This document shows, in pieces, positions 1 to 10,560 of a stretch of DNA of 64,000 bases. Source of the stretch: an uncultured Ignavibacteria bacterium (GTDB lineage: Bacteria > Zixibacteria > MSB-5A5 > JAABVY01). Within the stretch, counting starts at the first letter, position 1; every line of letters starts with the position of its first letter. A program made the position numbers and the translations under genes. The stretch is from positions 754 through 64,753 of the forward strand of contig CAZBZV010000015.1 in the NCBI GenBank assembly GCA_964496505.1. The letters run 5' to 3'. A model generated the notes under the pieces. The model worked only from the letters and a program-made list of their open reading frames with translations. It ran no database searches and had not been told where the DNA came from.

Positions 1-1
1 A

Positions 2-1849
2 TCCAATCCTCAGCCGACCCTTCCCACTACTACAATAGAAGCTGAGGTAAACGACACTATTAGCATAACCGGTACTGAGGTCACTTTTAATGTGGGTGGG
101 AATTCCCAGACAGTCTCGGCAATGACCGGCTATTTTACTTTCTTTTCCTCGGATGAGACGGTTATCAATGTTGCCGGCAACGGCGTAATTACGGCAGTCG
201 GACCGGGAACGGCCGAGCTTACCGCCAATCTGGGAACGGTTCAGGCTTCCGGGACGGTTACGGTTGAAGTTTCTGAAGCCGCTGCCACTCCAACCACTCC
301 GGCTCCTACGCCAACTGTTCCGGAGAGTGATGTGATCTCCCTGTTTAGCAATGCCTACACAAATGTCGGCGTGGATACATGGTCTGCCGATTGGGATGTT
401 GCCGATGTTTTTGATGAAACGATCGGCGACGATGATGTCAAGAAGTATGAAAATTTTGAGTTTGCCGGAATCGAATTCACATCGCAGCCAATTGATGCAT
501 CGAGCATGACCAAATTCCATATGGATATCTGGACGCCAAATTCAACTGCCTTGCCAGCCAAGTTCAATATCAAACTGGTTGATTTTGGGGCTGACGGAGC
601 CTTTGGCGGAGGTGACGATTCTGAACATGAAATGGTATTCGACAGAAACACTTCTCCTGCTCTTGTGACCGGCAGCTGGGTTTCAATCGATCTGCCGATG
701 TCGGCATTCTCCGGTTTACAATCCCGGTCGAATCTGGCACAGTTGATTATATCTGGGGATATTTCAACAATCTATGTTGACAATATTTACTTCTATGACG
801 CCGGTGAGCAGACAGCGCCAACCATTCCAGCTCCAACGCCCGACGAGGATCCCAACAGTGTAGTTTCGCTCTTTAGCGATATATATACCAATGTGCCGGT
901 TGATACATGGTCAGCTGTCTGGGATGTTGCCAATGTTGAAGATTACATGATAGGTTCTGATAACACCAAGAAATACACAGATCTTCTCTATGCTGGTATT
1001 GAGTTCAGAACAGCCACGATTGATGCTTCGGGAATGACTCATTTCCATATGAATGTCTGGACGCCGGATGCGACATCATCGCCATCGGTTTTCAAAGTCA
1101 AGCTGGTTGATTTTGGAGAGAACGGCGTTTATAACGGTGGAAGCGGAGATGACGTCGAAGATGAAATCACCTTTAATGATAATACAATGAACACAGGCAT
1201 CTGGGTTAGCATTGATATTCCTTTATCCAGTTTCACTGATCTGACTACAAGGGGCCACATTGGGCAGTTAATTATCTCAGGTGATCCAAACACTATATTT
1301 GTTGACAATATCTATTTCTATGATACCGGCATTCCGGAAGCACCATCGACTGCAGCACCGACTCCCACAGTCGACGCTGCCGATGTCATCTCTCTTTTCA
1401 GCGACGCCTATACTGATGTTCCGGTGGATACGTGGTCAGCACCCTGGGATACCGCTGATATTCAAGATTTTGTAATCGGTTCTGACACTGCCAAAAAATA
1501 CAGCAACCTGCTTTTTGCCGGCATAGAATTTACATCCAACACAATTGATGCTTCTCTAATGACCCATTTTCACATGGATCTCTGGACTCCGGATCCTACC
1601 GATGCTCCTGCGGTGCTTAGAATCAAGCTGGTGGATTTTGGACCTAATGGTGTCTGGGATGGGGGCGGTGATGATGTTGAACATGAAATCACCCTGGACG
1701 AAAGCATCTTGAATACCGGCAGCTGGGTCAGTATTGATTTGCCGCTTACTGACTTTGTAAATCTCACCACCAGGGGACATCTGGCCCAACTGATAATTTC
1801 GGGTGATCCGAACACGATATACGTTGATAATATTTATTTTCACAGGTGA
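2..1849 (+). CDS. 5'-truncated surface glycan-binding protein: Ig-like (Big_2-type) domain plus three ~170-aa CBM-like repeats
   Basis: Frame is open from the window edge (SNPQPTLPTTTIEAEVND...) and aligns with the middle of the downstream paralog. Ig-like motif SSDETVINVAGNGVITAVGPGTAELTA; three repeats of VISLFSxAYT..DTWSAxWD..MTHFHMDxWTP..YVDNIYF separated by P/T-rich linkers. Confidence 0.8.
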   Translation, partial: SNPQPTLPTTTIEAEVNDTISITGTEVTFNVGGNSQTVSAMTGYFTFFSSDETVINVAGNGVITAVGPGTAELTANLGTVQASGTVTVEVSEAAATPTTPAPTPTVPESDVISLFSNAYTNVGVDTWSADWDVADVFDETIGDDDVKKYENFEFAGIEFTSQPIDASSMTKFHMDIWTPNSTALPAKFNIKLVDFGADGAFGGGDDSEHEMVFDRNTSPALVTGSWVSIDLPMSAFSGLQSRSNLAQLIISGDISTIYVDNIYFYDAGEQTAPTIPAPTPDEDPNSVVSLFSDIYTNVPVDTWSAVWDVANVEDYMIGSDNTKKYTDLLYAGIEFRTATIDASGMTHFHMNVWTPDATSSPSVFKVKLVDFGENGVYNGGSGDDVEDEITFNDNTMNTGIWVSIDIPLSSFTDLTTRGHIGQLIISGDPNTIFVDNIYFYDTGIPEAPSTAAPTPTVDAADVISLFSDAYTDVPVDTWSAPWDTADIQDFVIGSDTAKKYSNLLFAGIEFTSNTIDASLMTHFHMDLWTPDPTDAPAVLRIKLVDFGPNGVWDGGGDDVEHEITLDESILNTGSWVSIDLPLTDFVNLTTRGHLAQLIISGDPNTIYVDNIYFHR

Positions 1850-1920
1850 TATGCCGGTGTAATGTGTGGACGGGGGTAAAAATATAATAATTTACTGCTT
1901 GTAAAATGTTCATATCGTTT

Positions 1921-1950
1921 TGATGCCGAATCTGTGCATGTTCGGCATCA
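1921..1950. other. Intergenic 10-bp perfect stem-loop
   Basis: TGATGCCGAA-N10-TTCGGCATCA between the two paralogous genes; no clear U-tract, so it may stabilise or attenuate the mRNA. Confidence 0.45.
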
Positions 1951-2023
1951 TATCTGTTCTAATAATTCTGACTCTTATGTTTTGAAATAGATTTAAAAGA
2001 ATAACTAAAAAACGGAGGAATCC

Positions 2024-4627
2024 ATGAAACATGTGAAATTTATTCTGTTGCTTGGTATTATCTTGCTTTCCGGCAATTTCCTCGCGCAGAACGCTGCTTT
2101 CGCGGAATCGTGCTGTGATGTTCCCGGGGACGCAAATGACGATGGCAGTGCCAACGTCAGCGATGCCGTGTACATCATCAATTATGTATTCATAGGAGGG
2201 CCGGTGCCGGCCTGTCACGAGAAGGGTGACGCAAATTGCGATGCCGCAATTAATGTCAGTGATGCAGTCTGGTTAATTAACTATGTCTTCATAGGTGGAA
2301 GACCGCCCTGCTGTATGGACGTAGTCTTTAGGGACGAATACGGCTCCAGGGTGACCTATCAGGCCTTTGCAGGATCATTTCTAGAAGCTGTTCAGGTCAC
2401 AACCGACCCTGTTTATGCTGGTACTCAGGCCTTAGATATCACCATTCCCGATGCAAGCTGGTCGGGAGGTGCATTTGTGGATACCGGTACGGCCGGCCGT
2501 AACCTCTTAGCATATAATGCGCTAACATTTTGGGCCAAAGCCAGTATGGATGCAACTCTCGATGTAGCCGGTATAGCAAATGACAATACCGGAACATCTC
2601 AGTACATTGCAGAAGTAACCGGCCTTGCCCTGACTACCACCTGGCAGCAGTATGTTATTCCTATTCCCCTTGCTGAAAAGCTTAATGCCGAAAATGGTCT
2701 CTTCTACTTTGCTGAAGGTGCTGAAGAGGGAGTTGGATACCAGATTCATATCGACGAAATAGTCTTTGACAGCCTGACTACCATAACCAATCCCCGCCCG
2801 GTAATACCAACTATCACATTGAATGTTACCCAGGATGATGAGATCACATTTGATGGTTCTTATGTGACATTTGATGTTGATGGTACCGATATTCAAGTCA
2901 ATGCCATGATGGACTATTTCACCTTCACATCATCCAATGAAACGGTTGTGTCGGTTGGCGGCGATGGAGTTATCACTGCCGTAGGTCCCGGTACCGCCGA
3001 GTTGACGGCAGTCCTGGGAACATCAAAATCAGTTCCTGCCACCGGAGTTGTTACAGTCAATGTCAGCGGACCTGAGCCTGAACCTGCAACACCTGCGCCG
3101 ACGCCAACGGTTCCATCCGACAGCGTTGTGGCTTTATGGAGCGATGCGTATACCAGTCACCCGGTTGATACCTGGTCGGCTACCTGGGATGATGCTGATG
3201 TTGAGGACTATTTGATCGGCACTGACAGCACCAAAAAGTACACCAACCTGGTTTTCGCAGGAGTTGAATTCACAACTACTACGCTTGACGCTTCTGCAAT
3301 GACCCATTTCCATATCGATGTATGGACTCCGAATTCGACAGCATCTCCGAATGTCTTCAAGGTAAAGTTTGTTGATTTCGGTCCCGACGGTGCATTTGGC
3401 GGCGGTGATGATTCCGAGCATGAATTGATTTTTGATGAAAATACCATGGATACTGAACAGTGGGTAAGTATCGATGTACCTCTGGCCAGTTTCGCTAATC
3501 TGGCATCGACCGAGCATCTGGCTCAGATGGTAATCTCCTCGGTTGGCCTCTCTACTGTTTATATCGACAATATCTATTTCTACGATGCGGGACTTGCCAC
3601 AGAACCGGATGTGGCGGCTTCCACGCCTCCACATGATCCGGGTAATGTTGCCTCACTCTATAGTGATGCATATACTGCCGCCACTACTGTGACCACATGG
3701 TCAGCCCCATGGGATCAGGCAGATGTGGAAGACTTTGCTATTGGCACTGATAACATGAAGAAATACACAAACCTTGTTTATGCCGGTATAGAGTTTAATC
3801 CCCTTGATGCATCTGCGATGACTCATTTTCACATGGATGTCTGGACACCGGATCCAACAGCAGCGCCAAGCGTATTCAAGGTCAAACTTGTCGATTACGG
3901 CGCCGATGGCAATTACGGCGGCGGTGATGATGTTGAGCACGAGTTGACTTTTGATGAAAACACTATGAACACCGCAATGTGGGTGGGCATTGATGTGCCG
4001 CTTACGGATTTCACAAATCTGACGACAACCGGTCATCTGGCCCAGATGGTCATTTCCGGTGATCCAAATACCGTTTTCGTCGACAATATCTATTTCTACC
4101 AGGGTGCTGCAACTGAACCGACATCTTCCGCTCCGACACCTTCTCTTGCTCCGGCTGATGTTTTTTCAATTTTCAGTGATGCTTACACGAACACGGATTT
4201 TGACGTCTGGTCATCCCAATGGGATAATGCTGATGTGGCTGACTTTACTATCGGTTCAGATAATCTGAAGAAATACTATAATCTTGTCTTCTCCATTGCC
4301 GAGTATACTACAACTGGAACCCAGGATATAAGTACAATGACCCATTTCCACATGGATGTCTGGACACCGGATGCTACCGACGCGTCTTCGGAGTTTAAGA
4401 TCAAACTGGTGGACTATGGGCCCAACGGTGTTTGGGATGGCGGCGGTGATGATACCGAGCATGAGTTAACTTTTGATCAGGCCACGATGAGCACCGGCAG
4501 CTGGGTAAGTTTTGATATACCATTAACCGACTTTACCGGATTGACTGGCAGGGAACACTTTGCTCAATTAATTCTCTCTGGTACATATGGAACTGTCTTT
4601 GTTGACAATGTATACTTTCATAAATAA
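2024..4627 (+). CDS. Secreted modular glycan-binding protein: N-terminal dockerin, CBM/galactose-binding-like domain, Ig-like domain, three CBM-like repeats
   Basis: RBS GGAGG; signal peptide ending AAFA; two dockerin repeats (GDANDDGSANVSDAVYIINYVF, GDANCDAAINVSDAVWLINYVF); YNALTFWAK..LTTTWQQYVIP..IHIDEIVF jelly-roll motif; same repeats as the upstream gene; no catalytic motif seen. Confidence 0.82.
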   Translation: MKHVKFILLLGIILLSGNFLAQNAAFAESCCDVPGDANDDGSANVSDAVYIINYVFIGGPVPACHEKGDANCDAAINVSDAVWLINYVFIGGRPPCCMDVVFRDEYGSRVTYQAFAGSFLEAVQVTTDPVYAGTQALDITIPDASWSGGAFVDTGTAGRNLLAYNALTFWAKASMDATLDVAGIANDNTGTSQYIAEVTGLALTTTWQQYVIPIPLAEKLNAENGLFYFAEGAEEGVGYQIHIDEIVFDSLTTITNPRPVIPTITLNVTQDDEITFDGSYVTFDVDGTDIQVNAMMDYFTFTSSNETVVSVGGDGVITAVGPGTAELTAVLGTSKSVPATGVVTVNVSGPEPEPATPAPTPTVPSDSVVALWSDAYTSHPVDTWSATWDDADVEDYLIGTDSTKKYTNLVFAGVEFTTTTLDASAMTHFHIDVWTPNSTASPNVFKVKFVDFGPDGAFGGGDDSEHELIFDENTMDTEQWVSIDVPLASFANLASTEHLAQMVISSVGLSTVYIDNIYFYDAGLATEPDVAASTPPHDPGNVASLYSDAYTAATTVTTWSAPWDQADVEDFAIGTDNMKKYTNLVYAGIEFNPLDASAMTHFHMDVWTPDPTAAPSVFKVKLVDYGADGNYGGGDDVEHELTFDENTMNTAMWVGIDVPLTDFTNLTTTGHLAQMVISGDPNTVFVDNIYFYQGAATEPTSSAPTPSLAPADVFSIFSDAYTNTDFDVWSSQWDNADVADFTIGSDNLKKYYNLVFSIAEYTTTGTQDISTMTHFHMDVWTPDATDASSEFKIKLVDYGPNGVWDGGGDDTEHELTFDQATMSTGSWVSFDIPLTDFTGLTGREHFAQLILSGTYGTVFVDNVYFHK

Positions 4628-4650
4628 ATTGAAGAGATTTCGGAAAAGCG

Positions 4651-5916
4651 ATGAAGGTGAAGCTAACATTGAGTAATACATCTGGAAAAAGGGCCGTTCT
4701 TTCACGGGAACGGCCCCTTGCAAATTCTGTCCTGAAGTTAATCTGGGAAAAAAGAAAGACTTCAAGGGCTGAAATTGCGCGTCTGACAGGATTATCCCGC
4801 TCGACGGTTTCGGAGATTATAGACAATCTTCTTGCCACCGGTTTGATAGCCGAAGTTGGAGCCGGTAAATCCAGCGGCGGAAGGCGTCCTATCGTTTTGG
4901 AATTTCAGGATGAGGCCCGCTGTATTATTGGCGTGGATCTGGGAGCAACCCACGTTTCGGTGGTCCTGACCGATCTGCGAGGCCATGTACTCTCATGGCA
5001 GGAGAAAAAGCATCCTGTAAGAACCGATCCCGAGGGTACCCGTGCGCTTATTATCAGTCTATGTGATCGATGTCTTAAAGAATGGGGCAATGGAAACAAA
5101 CGATTATTTAGTATCGGGGTTGCTGTTCCCAGCCCGGTGGATCCATTGAATCCAAGGCTGTTATCAGAGGTAGTTATCCCGGCCTGGCAGGGCGAAAGCG
5201 GTTTGGAGCAGATTCAAATCAAGTATGGCGTGCCGATTTATGTCGATAATGACGCAAATCTCGGCGCCCTCGCTGAACACTGGTGGGGAGCTGGAAGAGG
5301 CATTAACGATTTTATTTATATAAAAATCGCCCATGGCATCGGTGCCGGTTACATATTGAACGGAGACATATACCGCGGAGCGGGCGGTGTTGCTGGCGAA
5401 ATGGGGCATCTTCCCATAGATCCTAATGGAGAATTATGCGTTTGCGGTTTAAGGGGATGTTTGGCAACCCTTGTAGGAAAACCGGCAATCGCTGAGCGAA
5501 CCAAAAAACTATTGAAGAAATATCCCAAAAGTCAACTCAAGGCTGCAGATCTTACCCTGGATGCCATCGAAAAGGCCGCTCGCAATGGAGATCAATTGGC
5601 TCTGAGGATTGTAAGCGAAGTAGCTGAATACCTGGGAATCGCCATTTCAGGATGGTTTAATTTGATGAATCCAAATCTTGCAATATTGGGTGGGGGTTTT
5701 GCCGGGTTAGGAGAACTTCTTCTCGAGCCGTTACGATCCAAGGTGAGAAATAGTACTTTAGTAAGCAAAGCAGCGGTTGATATTAAAACCAGCGATCTCG
5801 GATCGCGGGCAATAGCAATTGGCGCCGCTACACTGGCTCTTGAGGCAATGTTTGCAGACCCTATCGAAGCACATGCACGGGCAAACGGGAGAATTAATGA
5901 CTCGGTACATCCATAG
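4651..5916 (+). CDS. ROK-family transcriptional repressor (XylR/NagC-like)
   Basis: N-terminal HTH SRAEIARLTGLSRSTVSEII, SSGGRRP, GVDLG, VDNDAN, GEMGH and CVCGLRGCL zinc motif. Confidence 0.95.
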   Translation: MKVKLTLSNTSGKRAVLSRERPLANSVLKLIWEKRKTSRAEIARLTGLSRSTVSEIIDNLLATGLIAEVGAGKSSGGRRPIVLEFQDEARCIIGVDLGATHVSVVLTDLRGHVLSWQEKKHPVRTDPEGTRALIISLCDRCLKEWGNGNKRLFSIGVAVPSPVDPLNPRLLSEVVIPAWQGESGLEQIQIKYGVPIYVDNDANLGALAEHWWGAGRGINDFIYIKIAHGIGAGYILNGDIYRGAGGVAGEMGHLPIDPNGELCVCGLRGCLATLVGKPAIAERTKKLLKKYPKSQLKAADLTLDAIEKAARNGDQLALRIVSEVAEYLGIAISGWFNLMNPNLAILGGGFAGLGELLLEPLRSKVRNSTLVSKAAVDIKTSDLGSRAIAIGAATLALEAMFADPIEAHARANGRINDSVHP

Positions 5917-6718
5917 ATTGAAAATCCTTGTCTTGCTTTTGGCGATATCATTAACAGTAAGTTGCGGCAATAATTCGGTTGAATCTGAGATTACATTGAA
6001 TTTAGTCTGGCAGGATGAATTCGAGGGGCCGGCCGGTCAATCGCCTGATCCGACCAAATGGGATTATGATATTGGAACCGACTGGGGTAATGTTCAGCTT
6101 GAATATGATACTGACAGACCGGAAAATGTCTCATTGGATGGAGAAGGAAATCTGGCTATCACTGCTCGCGAAGAATCATATATGGGGCAAGATTACACCT
6201 CAGCTCGGATTGTAACACGTGGTAAATTCGAACCTACCTATGGCAGAATTGAAGCCCGAATCAAACTTCCAACCGGGCAGGGAATCTGGCCCGCCTTTTG
6301 GATGCTCGGGAGCAACTTCAGTTCGGTTGGCTGGCCGCAATGCGGTGAAATAGACATAATGGAATACCGCGGCCAGGAACCCAGGATTATTCATGGCAGT
6401 CTGCACGGGCCGGGTTATTCCGGTGGGAATGCAATTACACGCAGATTTTATCTGGAAGATGGGCGTTTTGATAATGACTTCCATACTTTTGCTGTGGAAT
6501 GGGAAGCTGGTGTAATAAGGTGGTACATGAATGATATTGAATATCAGACCGTCTATCCATCGCTGGTCGATGGTGAATGGGTTTTCAACCATGCATTTTA
6601 TATCATTCTCAATGTTGCCGTTGGTGGAAATTATGTTGGTCCGCCAGATGAAACCACGGTTTTTCCACAGACAATGCTAATTGACTATGTCAGGGTTTAC
6701 AGTTGGGGAGGGAATTAA
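5897..6718 (+). CDS. GH16 endo-beta-1,3-glucanase (laminarinase-like), lipoprotein
   Basis: WPAFWML and catalytic EIDIME; lipobox LTVSC. Start moved to ATG 5897 (preceded by GGAG), overlapping the end of the ROK gene. Confidence 0.93.
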   Translation: MTRYIHRLKILVLLLAISLTVSCGNNSVESEITLNLVWQDEFEGPAGQSPDPTKWDYDIGTDWGNVQLEYDTDRPENVSLDGEGNLAITAREESYMGQDYTSARIVTRGKFEPTYGRIEARIKLPTGQGIWPAFWMLGSNFSSVGWPQCGEIDIMEYRGQEPRIIHGSLHGPGYSGGNAITRRFYLEDGRFDNDFHTFAVEWEAGVIRWYMNDIEYQTVYPSLVDGEWVFNHAFYIILNVAVGGNYVGPPDETTVFPQTMLIDYVRVYSWGGN

Positions 6719-6806
6719 CGCCCCAAGCTTGTGAATCCCTTTGTTTGGATCTGGAATGCAAAATTATATAGGCCTGCCTATATAGAAATTATAAGAAGAT
6801 CATATA

Positions 6807-8276
6807 ATGAATCCTTCAACAAATTACAAAACCGCACCGGAAGATCGAATATCATTTTCCCAGAGAATTATATACGGTCTGGGCGGTTTGATCAATAACC
6901 TTCTGGCGGCCGCCAGCGGCGGAATGATGATAGTCTTAAATCTTGGCCTTGGAATGAATCCTGCCCTGGTTGGCCTGCTTGGATCGCTTCCAAGATTGAC
7001 CGACGCCTTAACCGATCCGATCATGGGCTTTATTTCCGACAATACCGAATCTCGCTGGGGAAGAAGACGTCCATATATATTTGTAGGGGCGATAGCGGCT
7101 GGTGTTATCTTTGCTATATTGTGGCAGCTTCCAAGAGGACAGAGCGAAACATTTTACTTCGTGTATTTCCTGATCGGATCGATACTATTCTACATGGGTT
7201 ATACCGTATTTGCGACTCCCTGGGTAGCATTGGGGTATGAACTGACGGCTGATTACAATGAGCGTACAAGACTGATGGGTACCCAGAATTTTATCAGTCA
7301 GCTGGCATATGTTGTTTCGCCCTGGTTTCTATGGATAATGACTTATGAGAAGTTTTTCAAGGATCAGGTTGCCGGAGCCGCTGCATTGGCGATAATAATA
7401 GCCATCGTTACAATAGGTATCGGCATCCTCCCGGCAATATTTTTGAGAGAAAAGTACAAGAAAATTGCCCAATCAGAGATCGACAAAAAAGCGATAAAAG
7501 TAAGCGCTTCCAGAGCTCTGTGGAACAATCTTACAAAGTTCTTTAAGGGATTCGCGACCACGGTCAAATCGGGGCCCTTCTTAAAACTCTGTCTGGCTAC
7601 CTTTTTGGTTTTCAATGGCTTTATTTTGGTCTCTTCTTTCCAGTTTTATGTTATCATTTATTACGTCGCCGGAGGTGAACAAAATCTCGGGGCTCAATAT
7701 GCAGGATACGCCGGTACCATTGGAGCTGTTTCAACCTTTATAGTGATTATGATTGTAACATGGATCGGAACCAAAATCGGGAAGCGAAGAGCATTCCTCG
7801 TATCGACTGCAATGTCTATGCTGGGCTATGCCCTTAAATGGATATGCTATAATCCTGATCATCCCTGGTTGGTGATTGTGCCCGCACCGCTTCTGGCATT
7901 CAGTCTTGGGGGATTGTTTACCCTCATGCCATCGATGGTCGCTGATGTAGTTGATTATGATGAATTACAAACCCATCAGCGCCGCGAGGGAATGTTTGGA
8001 TCGATCTTCTGGTGGGTGGTAAAGCTGGGAATGTCGGCGGCTCTAGCAGGTGGAGGATTTCTTCTTAATGCCACCGGTTTTGACGTTGCACTCGAAGGCA
8101 ATCAGACCGCCAATACTATAACTCTTATGCGAATCTTTGATGCCGGGGTGCCTATCGTCACATCGGCCATCGCAATCTGGGCTGTGGCAACATTTCCCAT
8201 AACCGAACAGAAAGCCCGAGAGGTAAGAGAAGTGCTGGAAAAAAGGCGAGGTAAGCCTAATAGTGAAACGTCATAA
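6807..8276 (+). CDS. MFS glycoside-pentoside-hexuronide (GPH) sugar:cation symporter
   Basis: About 12 hydrophobic segments; DALTDPIMGFISD, RWGRRRPY, ELTADYNERT, ADVVDYDE..RREG motifs. Confidence 0.93.
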   Translation: MNPSTNYKTAPEDRISFSQRIIYGLGGLINNLLAAASGGMMIVLNLGLGMNPALVGLLGSLPRLTDALTDPIMGFISDNTESRWGRRRPYIFVGAIAAGVIFAILWQLPRGQSETFYFVYFLIGSILFYMGYTVFATPWVALGYELTADYNERTRLMGTQNFISQLAYVVSPWFLWIMTYEKFFKDQVAGAAALAIIIAIVTIGIGILPAIFLREKYKKIAQSEIDKKAIKVSASRALWNNLTKFFKGFATTVKSGPFLKLCLATFLVFNGFILVSSFQFYVIIYYVAGGEQNLGAQYAGYAGTIGAVSTFIVIMIVTWIGTKIGKRRAFLVSTAMSMLGYALKWICYNPDHPWLVIVPAPLLAFSLGGLFTLMPSMVADVVDYDELQTHQRREGMFGSIFWWVVKLGMSAALAGGGFLLNATGFDVALEGNQTANTITLMRIFDAGVPIVTSAIAIWAVATFPITEQKAREVREVLEKRRGKPNSETS

Positions 8277-8286
8277 TATTTTCTGA

Positions 8287-8330
8287 ATATAAAAAAAGGT
8301 GCCATTTTAAAATGACACCTTTTTTTATAT
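8287..8330. terminator. Bidirectional intrinsic terminator
   Basis: ATATAAAAAAAGGTGCCATT-TTAA-AATGACACCTTTTTTTATAT between convergent genes. Confidence 0.85.
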
Positions 8331-8341
8331 CCGGCTTTTAA

Positions 8342-10555
8342 TTATTCTATAATTTCAAATTCTGACTTAAGATCGGCCTCCGAGCTGCCTCCAACCCATA
8401 GATGGAACCTGCCCGGTTCTGTGACAAGCTTATTATCTTTACTGTAAAATGCCAGATCATCCGTTGTCAATTTAAAGGAAATTGAAGCGGTCTCTCCCGG
8501 AGCAAGCCTGACTCTCTTAAACTGCTTAAGTTCTTTTACGGGGCGGGTCACACTGCCGACAAGATCCCTGACATAAAGCTGAACAGCCTCTTCCGCCTTA
8601 TATTTGCCGGTGTTTTCCAAATCCACAGTGATATTAATGCTCTCTCCCAATTCGATTTTATCTTTGTCCAGGTTGAGACCCGAATATTTAAATTTCGAAT
8701 ATGAAAGACCGTATCCGAAGGGATAAAGCGGGGAATTGTCAATATCAAGATAGAAAGATGTATCTCCGCTTGAATGCTGAGGTGCACCCGCCTCTATATT
8801 GTCAATATTTGTTACAGATTTATCGTTTGCAGGCCGTCCGGTATTCTTATGGTTATAATAAATCGGAATCTGCCCGACTGCTCTTGGAAATGTAACCGGC
8901 AATTTTCCGGAGGGGGATTCAACACCAAACAGGAGTTCCGTAATAGCCGGGCCGGCCATTGTTCCGGGATGCCAGGCATACAAAATGGCATCGACTTTTT
9001 TTCTAATTTCTTCTAAGAGCAAGGGCCTTCCGGCCATAATTACCAGGATTACCGGTTTTCCCAATTTGGAGATTTCATCTATTAGCTCATTTTGAAAACC
9101 TGGCAGACTAATATCAGCCATGCAATGCGCTTCACCGGATAAAATTGATTCTTCACCAAGAAATAAAATGGTCAAATCCGACTTCTTGACCGTTTCAATG
9201 GCATCACCAAACTCTTCTCTGCTTTTGCTGCGCGTAGTTTTCATTGCACGGCTGTAATTAACTTCAACTGAATTTTTGACAAAGGCCTTGATAGCATGAA
9301 GCGGCGTCTGGCTCAATTTTCTGTCCCCGTCAAAAACCCAGGTGCCGAGTTGTTCATAAGCATCATCGGCCAGAGGTCCGATTATGGCAATCGATGATAG
9401 GTGGTTTTCTGACAAAGGGAGAATGTCATGTTTATTTTCCAGCAGAACACAACTCTGAATCGCCGAACTTCTGGCGATCTCAAGTGCCTCATTTAATCTG
9501 GAAGTTCCCGAATTATCTGCTTGAGTATAGGGATTATCGAACAGTCCCAGTTTAAACTTTGCCCGCAGTATGTTGGACGCCATCCTATCAATGTAATCCT
9601 CGGTGATCCTCCCTTCTTCTACCAGTACAGCGAGATGATCGGCATAGGTTCGACTGACCATTTCCATATCGACACCGGCATTTGCCGCCTGGTAGGCCGA
9701 TTCTTTATCATTTGCCGTCAATCCATGAACCGATAATTGACTGATTGCCTCCCAGTCGCTGACCACGAATCCGTTAAACTGCCATTCCTGTCGAAGGATT
9801 TGCTTCAAGAGAAATTCATTGGCCGTGGCCGGAATGCCGTCCAGGTCACTAAATGATGTCATTACTGATAATACACCGGCTAAGTGTGCGGCCTTGAACG
9901 GCGAAAGATAGACATTCCTCAGTTCGTTTTCGGGGATATTGGTGGTGTTATAGTCCTTCCCGGCCTCACATGCGCCATAACCGGCAAAATGCTTGGCACA
10001 GGCGGCTATACAATCTGACTTAGAGGGATCGTCACCCTGAAAACCTTGAATTATTGCCCTTGCAAACACTCCACTGAGATAGGGATCTTCACCGAAAGAC
10101 TCGGCAATTCGTCCCCAGCGAGGATCACGGCTGATATCGATCATTGGCGCAAAGGTCCAGTTGATACCGGCCTGTGAAGCTTCCTGCGCTGAAATTCGTC
10201 CACATTGCCTGACAACTTCAGGATTCCATGTCGCAGCGAGACCCAGAGGAATTGGAAAAATCGTTTTAAATCCGTGTATTACATCGCGGCCAATCAGAAG
10301 AGGAATACCCAGGCGGCTCTCTTCCACCGCTATTCGCTGAAGCTCATTTACAATATTGACATCAACCTCATTAAGAATACCGCCGATATTGCCATTGGTA
10401 ATTGTTTCTTTGAGTGATTTGGAAATCTTCCCAAATATACTATTCACCAATGACAACTGACCAATTTTTTCAGAAATGGTCATATCCTCTATCAGCTTTT
10501 CAATCTGCTTTTCTATTGCTGCTGAATCTTTCGCTGTTTTTTCGGCTATAGCCAT
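8342..10555 (-). CDS. bglX: GH3 beta-glucosidase (BglX-like), no signal peptide
   Basis: SRLGIPLL, DVIHG, RDPRWGR, CAKHFAGYG, nucleophile VSDW, C-terminal Fn3-like domain VQLYVRD..RPVKELK. Confidence 0.93.
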   Translation of the reverse strand: MAIAEKTAKDSAAIEKQIEKLIEDMTISEKIGQLSLVNSIFGKISKSLKETITNGNIGGILNEVDVNIVNELQRIAVEESRLGIPLLIGRDVIHGFKTIFPIPLGLAATWNPEVVRQCGRISAQEASQAGINWTFAPMIDISRDPRWGRIAESFGEDPYLSGVFARAIIQGFQGDDPSKSDCIAACAKHFAGYGACEAGKDYNTTNIPENELRNVYLSPFKAAHLAGVLSVMTSFSDLDGIPATANEFLLKQILRQEWQFNGFVVSDWEAISQLSVHGLTANDKESAYQAANAGVDMEMVSRTYADHLAVLVEEGRITEDYIDRMASNILRAKFKLGLFDNPYTQADNSGTSRLNEALEIARSSAIQSCVLLENKHDILPLSENHLSSIAIIGPLADDAYEQLGTWVFDGDRKLSQTPLHAIKAFVKNSVEVNYSRAMKTTRSKSREEFGDAIETVKKSDLTILFLGEESILSGEAHCMADISLPGFQNELIDEISKLGKPVILVIMAGRPLLLEEIRKKVDAILYAWHPGTMAGPAITELLFGVESPSGKLPVTFPRAVGQIPIYYNHKNTGRPANDKSVTNIDNIEAGAPQHSSGDTSFYLDIDNSPLYPFGYGLSYSKFKYSGLNLDKDKIELGESINITVDLENTGKYKAEEAVQLYVRDLVGSVTRPVKELKQFKRVRLAPGETASISFKLTTDDLAFYSKDNKLVTEPGRFHLWVGGSSEADLKSEFEIIE

Positions 10556-10560
10556 CCTGA

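Noticed and set aside
290-4624. CRISPR array or DGR-like repeats suggested by recurring DNA blocks
   Set aside because: The repeats are in-frame protein domain duplications about 500 nt apart; there is no repeat-spacer periodicity and no cas or reverse transcriptase gene in the window.
5819-5896. Longer N-termini given by the ORF track (also 16644-16739 and 48284-48400)
   Set aside because: The downstream ATGs give proper signal peptides or RBS context and reduce overlap with upstream genes.
6739-6762. Second ROK operator upstream of the MFS gene (CTTTGTTT-N7-GAATGCAAA)
   Set aside because: The right half-site matches poorly and could be chance in AT-rich DNA.
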